Shown here piece after piece: positions 1 to 10,769 of a stretch of 64,000 nt of DNA. This DNA is from Candidatus Poribacteria bacterium (lineage in GTDB: Bacteria; Poribacteria; WGA-4E; WGA-3G). Each line of letters opens with the position of its first letter. Positions within the stretch are counted from its first letter, which is position 1. The notes below the pieces were generated by a model. That model saw only the letters and a program-made list of their open reading frames with translations, did no database searches and had not been told where the DNA came from. The position numbers were made by a program, and so were the translations under genes. The DNA is taken from NCBI GenBank assembly GCA_965215265.1, contig OZ244048.1, positions 400,917 to 464,916 on the forward strand. The letters are read 5' to 3'.

Positions 1-2
1 TC

Positions 3-1826
3 CGCATCGATAAAAAAACGCAATTCCGATCGATCCTCGCTACAGATTGCGGAAGCACAACGACTAAGGCGATTCTGATTGAGAAACGCGGCGCTGAATA
101 TCATCTCATTGTACGCGGCGAAGCACCGACAACCGTTGAGGCACCCGTTGAGGATGTAACAGCCGGCGTTATCAACGCTATCACCGAAGTAGAAGAACTC
201 GCCGGACGCAAATTGCTGCAAGATGACAGAATACTCAAACCACAACGCGGCAACGAAGGCGTGGATCTCTACATTTCAACAAGCAGCGCCGGCGGCGGAC
301 TACAGATGATGGTTGCAGGGGTTGTCAGAAACCTCACCGCAGAAAGTGCAGAACGTGCCGCACTCGGAGCAGGCGCAATTGTGATGGATGTCATCGCCTC
401 TAACGATAAACGACTGCCACACGAAAAAATCGAGCGCATCCGACACCTGCGACCGGATATGCTACTCCTCTCTGGCGGCGTTGATGGCGGGACCACAGCA
501 CACGTGGTTGAACTCGCAGAAATCATCGCCGCCGCACGCCCGCAGCCACGATTAGGCATTGCTTATGAACTCCCGCTTATCTATGCAGGCAATAAAGACG
601 CGCGCGAACTCATCAAGAAATGCTTGGAAGATGTTATGTCTTTGCAGATAGTAGATAACCTACGGCCCGTCTTAGAACGGGAAGAACTAATGCCCACACG
701 ACATAAGATTCAGGAACAATTCCTTGAACATGTGATGGCACACGCACCGGGCTATAAGAAACTTATCGATTGGACCGATGCACCCATTATGCCCACACCA
801 GGCGCCGTCGGCGCAATTATCCAGACTGTTTCAGCGAAACTGGATATTGAGGTAGTCGGCGTGGATATTGGGGGGGCTACGACAGATGTGTTTTCAGTGT
901 TCAAAAACCGAGAAGCAGAACCTATTTTCAACAGAACCGTCAGTGCAAACCTCGGCATGAGTTATAGTATCTCCAACGTCCTGGCTGAGACAGGTTTAGA
1001 GAACGTCTTGCGGTGGGTGCCTTTTGACATAGACATCGGGGCACTGCGGAACCGGGTGAAAAACAAAATGGTCCGCCCCACAACCATCCCACAGACACTT
1101 GAAGCACTGATACTGGAACACGCAATTGCACGCGAAGCACTCCGCTTAGCTTTTGAACAACACAAACAACTCGCCGTTGAATTGCGAGGCATCCAGCAAC
1201 AGCGCACGATTTCTGAAGCATTCGACCAGACAGAAAGCGGACAGTCTCTCGTGAATATGCTCAGCTTGGATATGCTTGTCGGAAGCGGCGGGGTACTCTC
1301 TCACGCACCACGGCGACAGCAAGCGATGCTGATGATGATCGACGCGTTCCAACCGGAGGGGCTCACACATCTCGCTGTCGATAGTATCTTCATGATGCCG
1401 CAACTCGGGGCACTCGCACAAATCAGTCCAGAAGCAGCCACACAGATTTTTGAACGCGATTGTCTCATTCACTTAGGCACCTGTATTGCCCCTATAGGCG
1501 TTGGAAAACAAGGCGATGCGTGCATCACCATGCAACTTCACATCGATGGGAAGCCACCACTGACCGAAGCACTCTACTTTGGTGAACTCCGACTGTATCC
1601 GCTTGCACTCGGAGAAAAAGCAACCGTGAAACTCCAACCTGCGCGACGGTTCGATATCGGCTCGGGACGTGGGCAAGACGTTGAGGCAGAAGTCATGGGA
1701 GGGGTCGTCGGCTTGGTTGTTGATACACGCGGCAGACCGCTTGAAATTCCTGCTGAGGCTGCCCAGCGTGTGGCGCAGTTTAAAAAGTGGCATAGCGCAC
1801 TGGATGTATATCCTGCTGAACAATAG
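3..1826 (+). CDS. MutL/GlmL-family protein (methylaspartate/glutamate-mutase accessory-like, hydantoinase-type ATPase fold); 5' end runs off the window
   Basis: Frame 3 is open from base 3 to the TAG at 1826 (the ORF track shows only the part from 213). N-terminal ATDCGSTTTKAILIE and internal VVGVDIGGATTDVF motifs are typical of the MutL/GlmL family. Confidence 0.6.
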   Translation, partial: RIDKKTQFRSILATDCGSTTTKAILIEKRGAEYHLIVRGEAPTTVEAPVEDVTAGVINAITEVEELAGRKLLQDDRILKPQRGNEGVDLYISTSSAGGGLQMMVAGVVRNLTAESAERAALGAGAIVMDVIASNDKRLPHEKIERIRHLRPDMLLLSGGVDGGTTAHVVELAEIIAAARPQPRLGIAYELPLIYAGNKDARELIKKCLEDVMSLQIVDNLRPVLEREELMPTRHKIQEQFLEHVMAHAPGYKKLIDWTDAPIMPTPGAVGAIIQTVSAKLDIEVVGVDIGGATTDVFSVFKNREAEPIFNRTVSANLGMSYSISNVLAETGLENVLRWVPFDIDIGALRNRVKNKMVRPTTIPQTLEALILEHAIAREALRLAFEQHKQLAVELRGIQQQRTISEAFDQTESGQSLVNMLSLDMLVGSGGVLSHAPRRQQAMLMMIDAFQPEGLTHLAVDSIFMMPQLGALAQISPEAATQIFERDCLIHLGTCIAPIGVGKQGDACITMQLHIDGKPPLTEALYFGELRLYPLALGEKATVKLQPARRFDIGSGRGQDVEAEVMGGVVGLVVDTRGRPLEIPAEAAQRVAQFKKWHSALDVYPAEQ

Positions 1827-1963
1827 GAGAATGCGCAAGGTTGCTTAGCGTATCGAGCTCAGCGTCAAACGCTTCATATCAAAGACACGCGCGATATAGT
1901 TTAACGTGTTGCTGCCCAAAACGTTCACGGTAGCAATCGTGCGTGAAAAGAGAGACGCAAAAA

Positions 1964-3226
1964 TTACCGTTCCCCGAGCGTCACAACATAATTTCGCTCA
2001 TGCCCGTTCCGGGAAATTTTGAGGTCTATCCGCGTATTCGGCTTGGTGCCCGTCACACATCGCAACAGTTCAGGGTAGGTCCGCATGGGCGTGTTATCAA
2101 ATTCAAGAATAACGTCCCGCGGTAAAAGGCCTATACGGTGTGCCGGGCTATCTTTATGCACCTTTGTGATAATGCACCCTAATTCCCCAGATGTAATTTC
2201 GACATCGACCCCGAGCCAGCCACGTGCAACCCTGCCGTGTGTTATTATCTCTTTCGCAGTCATTGTGACGGTTTCAATCGGAATCGCAAACGTGATTTCT
2301 TGATGAACCCATCTTTGCGATAACGGTGCAATGCGAAACTCAGTAACTTCCGGTAATCTTGTGTAAACATCCGTCGTGCTGGGTTCCGCGAGGACAGCAA
2401 GTATCATTCCGATAGTTTCCCCAGCAGTATTCACAATTGCCCCCCCACTGTTGCCGGGTGTAACCGGGGCATTGATTTTAATCAAATTCGTGCAGAGGTG
2501 GTTGGGTAAGGTATCCCACCCGCTGACAATCCCGAAGGAGATCATAGGACTGTTCCCGTAGGAATTCCCTACCGTAACAACCCATGAACCGGTGTCAATT
2601 TTAGTGGAATCGCCCTGACGCATCCGCAGAGCAGGCCCGATCTTATCCCTTGGCACCTGAAGGACAGCAATATCAGTCAGACTATCCTCGCCTATCAGTT
2701 TGGCGGACGAAGATTTGCCATTATTGAAGATGACCTGGATTGTTTGCACATCTTTATCAAAGGTAGTTGTTGCAATGTACCCATCTGTGTCAATTATAAT
2801 ACCTGACCCAATACTCTGGCTGGTCATCAACATCTTCTGCTGAGTGGTAGGCAATTGGACATGTCGCTGTTGCGTCACGACGACTTTAACAACCGCCGTA
2901 CGTGCGGACGTGACAACTTTCTGAAATTCTTTTTCAAGCACCTGTAGGGCGCTCTCTTGGGCAATGGATGACGCAGCTGGAGATAAAAGCATGCTCACCA
3001 GTGCAGTTAGCAACAAGCCCGCTTTAGATTTAGCAATAACGGGCCAATTCTTCTCGTAAAGTAGATGCACTGTCTGTTTTTTGTTGGATTCGACGAAAAC
3101 GGGCATTGCCGAAACGCCTAGTATGTAGAAAACTACGAAATTCATGACACGATGATAAACCATTCGTACTGAATTGGACAAAACTTTAACAACCGGGATT
3201 AGAAAATTCAAATTATCAGGATGCAT
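1964..3226 (-). CDS. HtrA/DegP-family trypsin-like serine protease with C-terminal PDZ domain and N-terminal membrane anchor
   Basis: 420-aa ORF. Catalytic-serine motif TPGNSGGAIVN, Gly-rich S1C core, PDZ-like C-terminus, hydrophobic N-terminus. Confidence 0.8.
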   Translation of the reverse strand: MHPDNLNFLIPVVKVLSNSVRMVYHRVMNFVVFYILGVSAMPVFVESNKKQTVHLLYEKNWPVIAKSKAGLLLTALVSMLLSPAASSIAQESALQVLEKEFQKVVTSARTAVVKVVVTQQRHVQLPTTQQKMLMTSQSIGSGIIIDTDGYIATTTFDKDVQTIQVIFNNGKSSSAKLIGEDSLTDIAVLQVPRDKIGPALRMRQGDSTKIDTGSWVVTVGNSYGNSPMISFGIVSGWDTLPNHLCTNLIKINAPVTPGNSGGAIVNTAGETIGMILAVLAEPSTTDVYTRLPEVTEFRIAPLSQRWVHQEITFAIPIETVTMTAKEIITHGRVARGWLGVDVEITSGELGCIITKVHKDSPAHRIGLLPRDVILEFDNTPMRTYPELLRCVTGTKPNTRIDLKISRNGHERNYVVTLGER

Positions 3227-3281
3227 CCGTTTATCCTCTGCAGCGCAATCGCTCGCACGCCTCCGATACTAACTAAACGGA

Positions 3282-3851
3282 TTATAAGCCGCCTGCAGTC
3301 GGTAGACTCGCATAATTAACACGCTTTAAGATGTAATGTTGTTGCATCGGTTCTGTTGACATCGACCCAGAGATACTCGTGCCACTAAAACTGCGTGGAA
3401 TGGGCGGAAACGGCAGCCGGATCGGTTCAATCGATTGTTGGACTTCTTCGTCGCTCTGATCGATTTGGACTACCGGTGAATTTTGTGTCCAATCCAACAC
3501 ATCCTTTTGATAAAGGTAAGTGCCAACTGCAGCCAAAATTAACAACGTGATGCCACTGAATGCCCAGCGCGGACGGCCGCATGCAGATAACAACCGCTTC
3601 CAGAGCGGCACTGTTTCCTGACGCAGCACGTGCTCACGCGCGAGCTGTTGATGCAGTGTCAATTCAAAGCGCGCGGACGGGGTAACCTGCGGCAATTCTT
3701 GTGTCGCTTTTACGGATTTTTCAAACACGGTATACTCATGCTCACACCTCTCACATTCGCTGAGGTGAAACTCAAAACCTTTTAGCGTTTGATAATCCAG
3801 TTCATCTTCAAAATAGGCGGAGAAGTGTTCTTCAGCCTGTAAGCAGTTCAT
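3282..3851 (-). CDS. anti-sigma factor (zf-HC2 type, single TM segment)
   Basis: N-terminal HLSECERCEHEY (HxxxCxxC) zinc-finger motif and a central hydrophobic helix. A 4-nt ATGA overlap couples it translationally to the upstream ECF sigma gene. Confidence 0.6.
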   Translation of the reverse strand: MNCLQAEEHFSAYFEDELDYQTLKGFEFHLSECERCEHEYTVFEKSVKATQELPQVTPSARFELTLHQQLAREHVLRQETVPLWKRLLSACGRPRWAFSGITLLILAAVGTYLYQKDVLDWTQNSPVVQIDQSDEEVQQSIEPIRLPFPPIPRSFSGTSISGSMSTEPMQQHYILKRVNYASLPTAGGL

Positions 3852-4453
3852 AGTGGCTCCATTAAGGGTTTTAATTTATCCTTTAGCATCAGCCGCGCAC
3901 GACTGATGCGGGATTTCGTCGTGCCGTTCCGCAGTTCTAGTGCATTGCTAATTTCCTCGTAACTCAGGCCCTGAAGGTCGCGGAGAACAAGCGGGAGTCT
4001 ATATTGCTCCGGCAGCTCCGCAATCGCTTTTCGGACAGCATTCCGGAGCTCTTTCCGTTCCAGTTGAACCTCCGGTTGATACGAGGTATCTGCCGGGGCA
4101 CTTGCGATGATGTCCATCTCCATGTCCGAATCCGCAGCGTCTCTGTTGTCTATTATGTTATCTACCCAATAGCGGCTCCGACGCCCACGATTCCGAAGCT
4201 CATTTTTGCACAGATTTGAGGCGATATGGTACATCCACGTTTTGAATCGGGCCCTCCCCGTTTTGTAACGCGGGGCGGCTTTAAAAATGCGAATGAACGT
4301 CTCTTGAGCCAAATCTTCCGCGCTCTCTTTATCACCCAAGAATTGCGCGATAAAATTAATCAGCGGCTGCTGATGTCGACGCACCAACAGCGTAAACGCA
4401 TTCTCATCGCCTTTCTGAAAACGTTCCATTAATTCATCGTCTAATTCAGACAT
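3848..4453 (-). CDS. RNA polymerase sigma-70 factor, ECF subfamily
   Basis: 201 aa. Region 2 motif (FIRIFKAAPRY) and region 4 HTH (TKSRISRARLMLKDKL). Confidence 0.85.
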   Translation of the reverse strand: MSELDDELMERFQKGDENAFTLLVRRHQQPLINFIAQFLGDKESAEDLAQETFIRIFKAAPRYKTGRARFKTWMYHIASNLCKNELRNRGRRSRYWVDNIIDNRDAADSDMEMDIIASAPADTSYQPEVQLERKELRNAVRKAIAELPEQYRLPLVLRDLQGLSYEEISNALELRNGTTKSRISRARLMLKDKLKPLMEPL

Positions 4454-4701
4454 CAGATCCTCCGGACAGGCTTATCTATAATATACACCTAAATACCGAT
4501 TTGGTTGCACTTTTTTTTGCCAAGCGTTTTTTGAAAGCCTTGACTCCAAAACGATTGTCGTGTATGATGAAACATGCTTGTCTAAAAAAAATGGACATCT
4601 TACACGCTCATTCTAAGGAACATGGTGTCTCACTAAGCGGACATGAACACTAACGGAAATTTTATCATATCTTATTACAGATTGTCAAATGCATAATAAC
4701 A

Positions 4702-5316
4702 TTGGAGGAACACATGGCTGATCGAACTCAAGACGAAACGGATAAGCCCCTATTGGATATTTTAAAACAGGTCGAAGGACAATGCCGGGAAGGGAACATC
4801 CCTATGCTGGGCCCGGAGAAGGCAGTATTTATTGCAGACTGCGTTGAAAAGGCACGCCCCTCACTGATTGTTGAATGTGGAACTGCCATCGGCTACTCCG
4901 GACTGTGGATATTACAGCGCCTGAAAGCACTCGGCACCGGACGTTTGATAACGGTTGAGATAGATGCCGACCGGGCCCACCGTGCACGCGCCACTTTTGA
5001 AAAAGCACGCGTGGCAAACCTTGTCGATTCGCGCATCGGGGATGCACAAGAGATACTCAATCATATTCAAGAACCAGTCGATTTTCTACTCCTTGACAAC
5101 AACTTCAGCAACTATTTCCCGTGTTTTCGAGCAATTGAATCACGCTTAACCAATCCAGCCACAGTCGTAGCGGATAACGTAGGCATCGGTGCTAAGCAGA
5201 TGGCGGACTACCTGACGCATGTCCGCGACCGGTATGAGTCTGAGACGCACTGGTTTGACATAGACCTACCGTGGGTAAAACAGGACGCGATTGAAGTGAG
5301 CATCTACCGGCGTTAA
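4702..5316 (+). CDS. class I SAM-dependent O-methyltransferase (family 3, caffeoyl-CoA OMT-like)
   Basis: LIVECGTAIGYSGLWI glycine-rich SAM motif. 204 aa is typical of O-MT family 3. Confidence 0.65.
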   Translation: MEEHMADRTQDETDKPLLDILKQVEGQCREGNIPMLGPEKAVFIADCVEKARPSLIVECGTAIGYSGLWILQRLKALGTGRLITVEIDADRAHRARATFEKARVANLVDSRIGDAQEILNHIQEPVDFLLLDNNFSNYFPCFRAIESRLTNPATVVADNVGIGAKQMADYLTHVRDRYESETHWFDIDLPWVKQDAIEVSIYRR

Positions 5317-5376
5317 TCGCTCAAACGCTCTGTTCCCAACCCACGGCAACTGTTTTTTCTAGGAGGATTTTCTAAT

Positions 5377-8163
5377 ATGGGTTCACAAACCATAGGCTTA
5401 GCTCAAACTGAAATAGACCACTCCTCTCTTTCTGACGATTTTACGGCCATCGCACGGCTGCCAGCACCCACAGATAACGTCGCGATAGCTACCCAACGCT
5501 TGGAAGCCGGTACGGAGATGCGCTACAACGGCAAACTGTTTCGCCTATCGCATACCGTCTTAGAAGGGCACCGATTTGCTATCCAACCGATTGCGGTGCA
5601 GGCACCACTACTGTCCTGGGGATTACCCTTTGGCGTTGCTGCGCAGCCCATCGCACCCGGCAATTACGTCTGTAACCAGAAAATGATCGATTCTTTGTCG
5701 ATCCGGAACCTGAATTTCTCGATGCCAGCAGCACCGAATTTTCGTGATATCATGGCACCTTATCTCCTCAATGAGGCTGAATTCTGCCTCGGAGAACAGG
5801 TCGCCCGCTACGAACAGGAACGTCATTTTCTAGGATACCAGCGGCCAGGAAGACGAGGAGTCGGGACGAGAAACTACATCGTTGTCATGGGGACAACCGC
5901 TCGCACGGCCGGTTTTGTTCGGCAGCTCACGCATCACACTGCAGACATGGCAGAGGCATACCCCAACGTAGACGGCATCGTCGCTGTAACACACACTGAG
6001 GCAGGTGAAAGCAAAACACCGAATAATGTGAACATGTTGCTCCGCACCCTCGCTGGGTTCACCGTGCATCCTAATATCGGCGCGATGCTCCTCGTTGATT
6101 ACGGAACTGAAGCCGTTACAAACAAAATGCTGGCGAATTATATGGCGCAGAACGACTATGCAACCGACGATGTACCCCACCACTTTTTTCAGATACAGGA
6201 CGGTTTTGAGGCGAGCTTGACACGCAGCAGCGAGATTCTCAACCGATGGCTTGACAGTGTTAACGCCGTCCAACGGACCGAACAATCTTTGGAACATCTC
6301 AAAATTGCGCTGCAGTGCGGCGGCTCTGACGCATTCTCCGGCATCTCTGGAAATCCACTCGCCGCTTACGTTGCCAAAGAGGTCATACGTTACGGCGGAT
6401 GCGCAAACCTCGCAGAAACGGATGAACTTATCGGCGCAGAGGCATACATACTGCAGAACACCAAGGATCTTCCTACAGCACGCAAATTCCTTGATACCAT
6501 TGAAACTTTCAAGCAACGCGCAGCGTGGCATGGGCATTCCGCAGAAGCGAACCCTTCCGGCGGTAACAATTTCCGCGGACTCTATAACATTGCTATTAAA
6601 TCAATTGGGGCCGCAATGAAACGGCACCCTGATGTCTGCCTTGACTATGTCATCAATTACAGTGAACTGATGCAGAAGCCAGGATACTATTTCATGGATA
6701 GCCCCGGGAACGACTTAGAGAGTATTGCCGGACAGGTCGCCTCTGGCTCTAACATGATTTTCTTTGTGACGGGCAACGGCTCAATTACCAACTTCCCCTT
6801 CGTGCCAACAATTAAAATTGTTACAACCAGCAACCGGTACCAGATGTTATCCGCTGACATGGATGTCAACGCAGGGGCTTATCTTGATGGCACACCGATG
6901 CCCGAACTCGGGGAAGAGATGCTCAACCTCACCGTGGATGTCGCATCCGGGCAGCGCTCTGTCGGAGAAAAAGCTGGGCATTCACAAGTCTCACTCTGGC
7001 GGGATTGGAAGCAGACCGGGCCAATAGATTTAACCGCAGCTCTCGCTGAATCGGAATTAAAGCCCGGTGCACCACTCGCACGCGACGCATTGGCTACCTT
7101 GAAAACACACGGCACCTCGGCGCACTCAGCATTCGATACCTTAACTTTCCGCGCATTCCGAACCCAGGACGGATATCGTAGCAACCAATTCGGGTTAATT
7201 TTGCCGACGAGTCTTTGCTCCGGACAAATTGCACAGATGATTGCACAACGTTGCAACGAGCAGCGCATCGGCAAAAAGAGAGGAATCTCTCAATTTGTAG
7301 CACTTCCGCACACAGAAGGCTGTGGTGTCTCAAGTGGACGCTCGGAAGAAATTTATACCCGCACGATGATTGGACATCTCACGCATCCATCAGTCGCACG
7401 TGCTCTCCTCCTTGAGCACGGTTGTGAGAAAACTCACAACGATCATCTGCGTTATCAGATCCAGCAATTGGGTATCGCACCAGAACGTTACGGTTGGGCA
7501 AGTGTGCAATTAGATGGCGGCATTGACGCTGTTATAACGAAAGCACAAAATTGGTTTGTGAACGCGCTCGCGCAGCAACCTACGCAGCGCCTCGTTGACA
7601 CAGGTTTCGAGCACCTCTCCATCGGTTTGATGTCAACCGGACCAGCAACAGATAAAGTCGCACACGGTTTGATGACATTAACGGATGCCATAGTCCAACT
7701 CGGAGGAACCGTTGTCATACCAGCCAATGCAACGTTTCTCACAAAGCAGACACCTCTTAACACGTATCCCTTGCAAAATACATTAGCGTACGGACAACGC
7801 ATAGGTACAGGCAAATCTGGTGAGCCCGTAGTCAACAGTGCCGGTCTACACATCATGGAAACGCCGACCGACCAGCCCACAGAAACATTGACAGGCCTAA
7901 GCGCGACAGGAATTGCGCTCGCACTGGCACATGTGGCAGGTTCACCTCTGCAATCACATCAGTTAGTGCCCTTGATTCAGGGGAGCACCGATGCAGAGAC
8001 ACTAGAAAACCACGGCGATGACCTGGACATTGTAACCTGCGATGTGGAGAGCATGCTCGCACGCATCGGAGACGTGGCTTCGCGCCGGTACATTCCGAAA
8101 CTGCACGGCATAGGGAATACGGATTTTCAGTTGACGCGAGGGTTGCTTGGCATTTCAATGTAA
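5377..8163 (+). CDS. UxaA-family (altronate/galactarate dehydratase-like) protein with an N-terminal SAF domain and a tandemly duplicated catalytic region, 928 aa
   Basis: Residues 1-500 align by eye to UxaA (SAF: GHRFAIQPIA...; GGSDAFSGISGNPLAAYV...RYGGCANLAETDELIGAE; FVPTIKIVTTSN). Residues 500-928 repeat the same core motifs (HTEGCG, HPSVARALLLEHGCE, GGTVVIPANATFL). Confidence 0.6.
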   Translation: MGSQTIGLAQTEIDHSSLSDDFTAIARLPAPTDNVAIATQRLEAGTEMRYNGKLFRLSHTVLEGHRFAIQPIAVQAPLLSWGLPFGVAAQPIAPGNYVCNQKMIDSLSIRNLNFSMPAAPNFRDIMAPYLLNEAEFCLGEQVARYEQERHFLGYQRPGRRGVGTRNYIVVMGTTARTAGFVRQLTHHTADMAEAYPNVDGIVAVTHTEAGESKTPNNVNMLLRTLAGFTVHPNIGAMLLVDYGTEAVTNKMLANYMAQNDYATDDVPHHFFQIQDGFEASLTRSSEILNRWLDSVNAVQRTEQSLEHLKIALQCGGSDAFSGISGNPLAAYVAKEVIRYGGCANLAETDELIGAEAYILQNTKDLPTARKFLDTIETFKQRAAWHGHSAEANPSGGNNFRGLYNIAIKSIGAAMKRHPDVCLDYVINYSELMQKPGYYFMDSPGNDLESIAGQVASGSNMIFFVTGNGSITNFPFVPTIKIVTTSNRYQMLSADMDVNAGAYLDGTPMPELGEEMLNLTVDVASGQRSVGEKAGHSQVSLWRDWKQTGPIDLTAALAESELKPGAPLARDALATLKTHGTSAHSAFDTLTFRAFRTQDGYRSNQFGLILPTSLCSGQIAQMIAQRCNEQRIGKKRGISQFVALPHTEGCGVSSGRSEEIYTRTMIGHLTHPSVARALLLEHGCEKTHNDHLRYQIQQLGIAPERYGWASVQLDGGIDAVITKAQNWFVNALAQQPTQRLVDTGFEHLSIGLMSTGPATDKVAHGLMTLTDAIVQLGGTVVIPANATFLTKQTPLNTYPLQNTLAYGQRIGTGKSGEPVVNSAGLHIMETPTDQPTETLTGLSATGIALALAHVAGSPLQSHQLVPLIQGSTDAETLENHGDDLDIVTCDVESMLARIGDVASRRYIPKLHGIGNTDFQLTRGLLGISM

Positions 8164-8397
8164 TTGCAATTCATTATAATTATTCCATCGACTTTTTTGT
8201 TGATATATTTAAATCTTTTTTGTAAAATAATGTACAGAACCGAAGCGCGGGTCGTAACGGCGACATTTGAAAATTATCCGTTCTAAAGAGAGCGACTCGC
8301 ACAAATTTAGTCAAATCACCGACGAATGGTTTAAGAACATTCAACGGTGTAGAGACTGAAAGCGTATTGCTTTCCTTACATATGAGGAGGTTTACTC

Positions 8398-9186
8398 ATG
8401 CGTTCAATAATGTATCTGTTTACTATTACGCTGCTTTTGATAGGTGGCGTACTTTCCACGCATGCCCTTGTTGAAGATGACGGCTTAATCCTTTACTTCA
8501 GTTTTGATGAGGAAAAGGGCGGGACCGTTAAAGATGAAACCGGTGGCGGAAATGATGGCGTGCTCGACAATGCTGAAATTACCACTAAAGAGGTCGTACA
8601 CGGGACAGGCGCGTTAGCATGCGAAGATGCCGGCGCGAGTGTGATAGTTGAATCCTTCAAAGAATTAGAAGACTATCAGGATAATAGCTTCCTATTTTGG
8701 GTCCAGTTCATTGAGAAAAACTCCGGTTCATGGAACCAAATCATCGCGAAAAAAGCGCCCGGCTCTGACCGATCCCCCGGTATATGGACCTGTAACCGTG
8801 TGCCCTTGCACATCCACTACCGGTTCAATCCCGGAAATCAAGGGACGCATTGCACGGGACCCGGTGGCGAAGGCGACGAATTTGACACCGGTAAATGGTA
8901 TCACCTTGCAGGTGTGAAACAAGATGCTCAACTGAAGTTTTACATTGATGGGGAAGAAATTGAGGAACAAGGCGTTCCGAAAGATCACGCACAAGGGGAA
9001 GAGAGTCTCTATATCGGTAAAACCGGTTACGGCTCTGCTATTTTCTACCTCGACGATCTTTATGTTTACGACAGAGCACTCAGTGCAGATGAAGTTGTAG
9101 AGGTCATGGAAGGGAATCTTCTGCCTGTTGAACCTAAGAACAAACTCGCAGCTACGTGGGGACAACTCAAAACGCATCGTGACTAA
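8398..9186 (+). CDS. secreted LamG-like (Laminin_G_3 / concanavalin A-like lectin) domain protein, paralog 1
   Basis: Signal peptide, RBS GAGGAGG. Motifs LILYFSFDE, KWYHLAGV, SLYIGK...DDLYVYDRALSADEV, and C-terminal KLAATWGQLK. Confidence 0.7.
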   Translation: MRSIMYLFTITLLLIGGVLSTHALVEDDGLILYFSFDEEKGGTVKDETGGGNDGVLDNAEITTKEVVHGTGALACEDAGASVIVESFKELEDYQDNSFLFWVQFIEKNSGSWNQIIAKKAPGSDRSPGIWTCNRVPLHIHYRFNPGNQGTHCTGPGGEGDEFDTGKWYHLAGVKQDAQLKFYIDGEEIEEQGVPKDHAQGEESLYIGKTGYGSAIFYLDDLYVYDRALSADEVVEVMEGNLLPVEPKNKLAATWGQLKTHRD

Positions 9187-9249
9187 TTTTCCACCCTGAA
9201 ATGTTGGGACAGCCTTCGGGCTGTCCCGAATTTATCTCCCCTTCTACTC

Positions 9250-10611
9250 ATGTTTACTCCTCACTCCCAGCTATTTCCCATCTTGCAAAGACTGCTCCTC
9301 TTTTTTTTCTTCTTCACTCAGCCTTTACCGGGGGCCGGATGGTACGATGCTGAGGAGGAAATTAAGGTCAGATTTCATCGCGGTGTTCGCTATCTTGACA
9401 CGGAACAGTACGAATTGGCACTGGCAGAATTCCAAACTATTTATCAACAATTTCCTGAATCGGAGAGACTTCGTAGCATTGCCCAGTATTATATCGGCAT
9501 TGTGTATCAAGAAAAAAATAGATTGAGTCAGGCGGCGGCTGCCTATAAAGCTGCATTGGTGTTGAATGCACCACCGGATGTACACGGTACCGCGCATCTT
9601 CAGTTGGGCATTGTCTATAAAACACAAGGCCAATTACGACTGGCTGAAAAACACCTGAGCGCAGCCAGAACCCAACTGCCTGAGAACGCTGACGTGCATA
9701 TCCAGCTGGGCGATGTCTATCTCCTACAACGGCAATGGAACGCAGCAGAAAATGCTTATCGTGAGAGTATCCGCCTCAACCCAAATTACACTGAATCTTA
9801 TTATGGGTTGGGCAGAGCAACCGAGCTGCAAAACCGCCTCAAGCAGGCTGTGGAATATTACAACGCCGCGCTGAAACGCAATCCGTATTTAGCGCAAGCA
9901 CATTACCGGCTTGCCCTTATCTATCGGCAATTAGGGGATACCGCCCAGGCGAAAACAGCGATCGCACAATTTGGACGCTTAAAAACTTACGCCGATAGGA
10001 TGCATCAATACCGAGAAGCACTCTACAAAAACCCAAATTTGCCGATGCTATACATCAAATTGGCGGAACTTCACGAATCTTTTGACAATCTGGAATCGGC
10101 AGCGCGGGTTTATCAGATTGCAATTACAGTGCATCCCAAGTTTTTGCCGGCCTATCATCAACTTGGAGAACTCTTTATCCGACAACGCGCACTTGAAAAA
10201 GCAATCGCGGTTTATCGCAGTGCTACAGAAATTCGGCCCGACGATGCACAAGCATGGCTACAGTTAGGGGTCATCTATATCAACCAAAAACGGTTTCAGG
10301 ACGCAATTCAGGCGTTCCAGACAGCCATTTCTGTTGATAGCACAGAGGCAGAAGCGTATAATAACCTTGCACGTGTCTACGCGGCACTTGGTAAGGAGTT
10401 GGAACAAGCGATAGCCCTCGCAGAGAAAGCCGTTGCCTTAGCCCCCACGGCCAAGCACTATGATACCCTCGCTTACGCCTATTACCGTAATCAACAGTAC
10501 CCACAAGCGTTAACGGCAATCCATCGCGCGGTTGCGATAGCACCCAATGTCGCTGAATATAGGAAGCTGCTACTGAAAATCCAGACAGCGCAAAAGGCAG
10601 AGAAAAAGTAA
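9250..10611 (+). CDS. TPR-repeat protein (secreted)
   Basis: Hydrophobic N-terminus followed by many 34-residue repeats with the W/LG/Y..A..Y..A pattern. Confidence 0.8.
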   Translation: MFTPHSQLFPILQRLLLFFFFFTQPLPGAGWYDAEEEIKVRFHRGVRYLDTEQYELALAEFQTIYQQFPESERLRSIAQYYIGIVYQEKNRLSQAAAAYKAALVLNAPPDVHGTAHLQLGIVYKTQGQLRLAEKHLSAARTQLPENADVHIQLGDVYLLQRQWNAAENAYRESIRLNPNYTESYYGLGRATELQNRLKQAVEYYNAALKRNPYLAQAHYRLALIYRQLGDTAQAKTAIAQFGRLKTYADRMHQYREALYKNPNLPMLYIKLAELHESFDNLESAARVYQIAITVHPKFLPAYHQLGELFIRQRALEKAIAVYRSATEIRPDDAQAWLQLGVIYINQKRFQDAIQAFQTAISVDSTEAEAYNNLARVYAALGKELEQAIALAEKAVALAPTAKHYDTLAYAYYRNQQYPQALTAIHRAVAIAPNVAEYRKLLLKIQTAQKAEKK

Positions 10612-10681
10612 AAACCGAGGAGATATAGAAACCAACGCTAAAATCCAAGCACAAAATATGCCAATTTGTCTACAAAACAAA

Positions 10682-10710
10682 TTGACATAATCTGAATTTT
10701 CCTTTATAAT
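10682..10710 (+). promoter_or_regulatory. near-consensus sigma70 promoter (TTGACA-17-TATAAT) upstream of the Dam-family methyltransferase
   Basis: TTGACA at 10682-10687, a 17-nt spacer, TATAAT at 10705-10710. A 7-bp inverted repeat AATTTGT/ACAAATT overlaps the -35 box. Confidence 0.45.
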
Positions 10711-10769
10711 TTCAATGGACGGAATATAATAACAGCAACGAAGAAATATGCAGACCTTAACGAAGAAAT

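Noticed and set aside
1943-2561. Small + strand ORFs (1943..2125, 2085..2303, 2376..2561) inside the htrA locus
   Set aside because: They are antisense to a well-supported minus-strand gene and have no motifs. They are typical shadow ORFs. The same applies to most ORFs under 120 aa listed in the track that overlap annotated genes.
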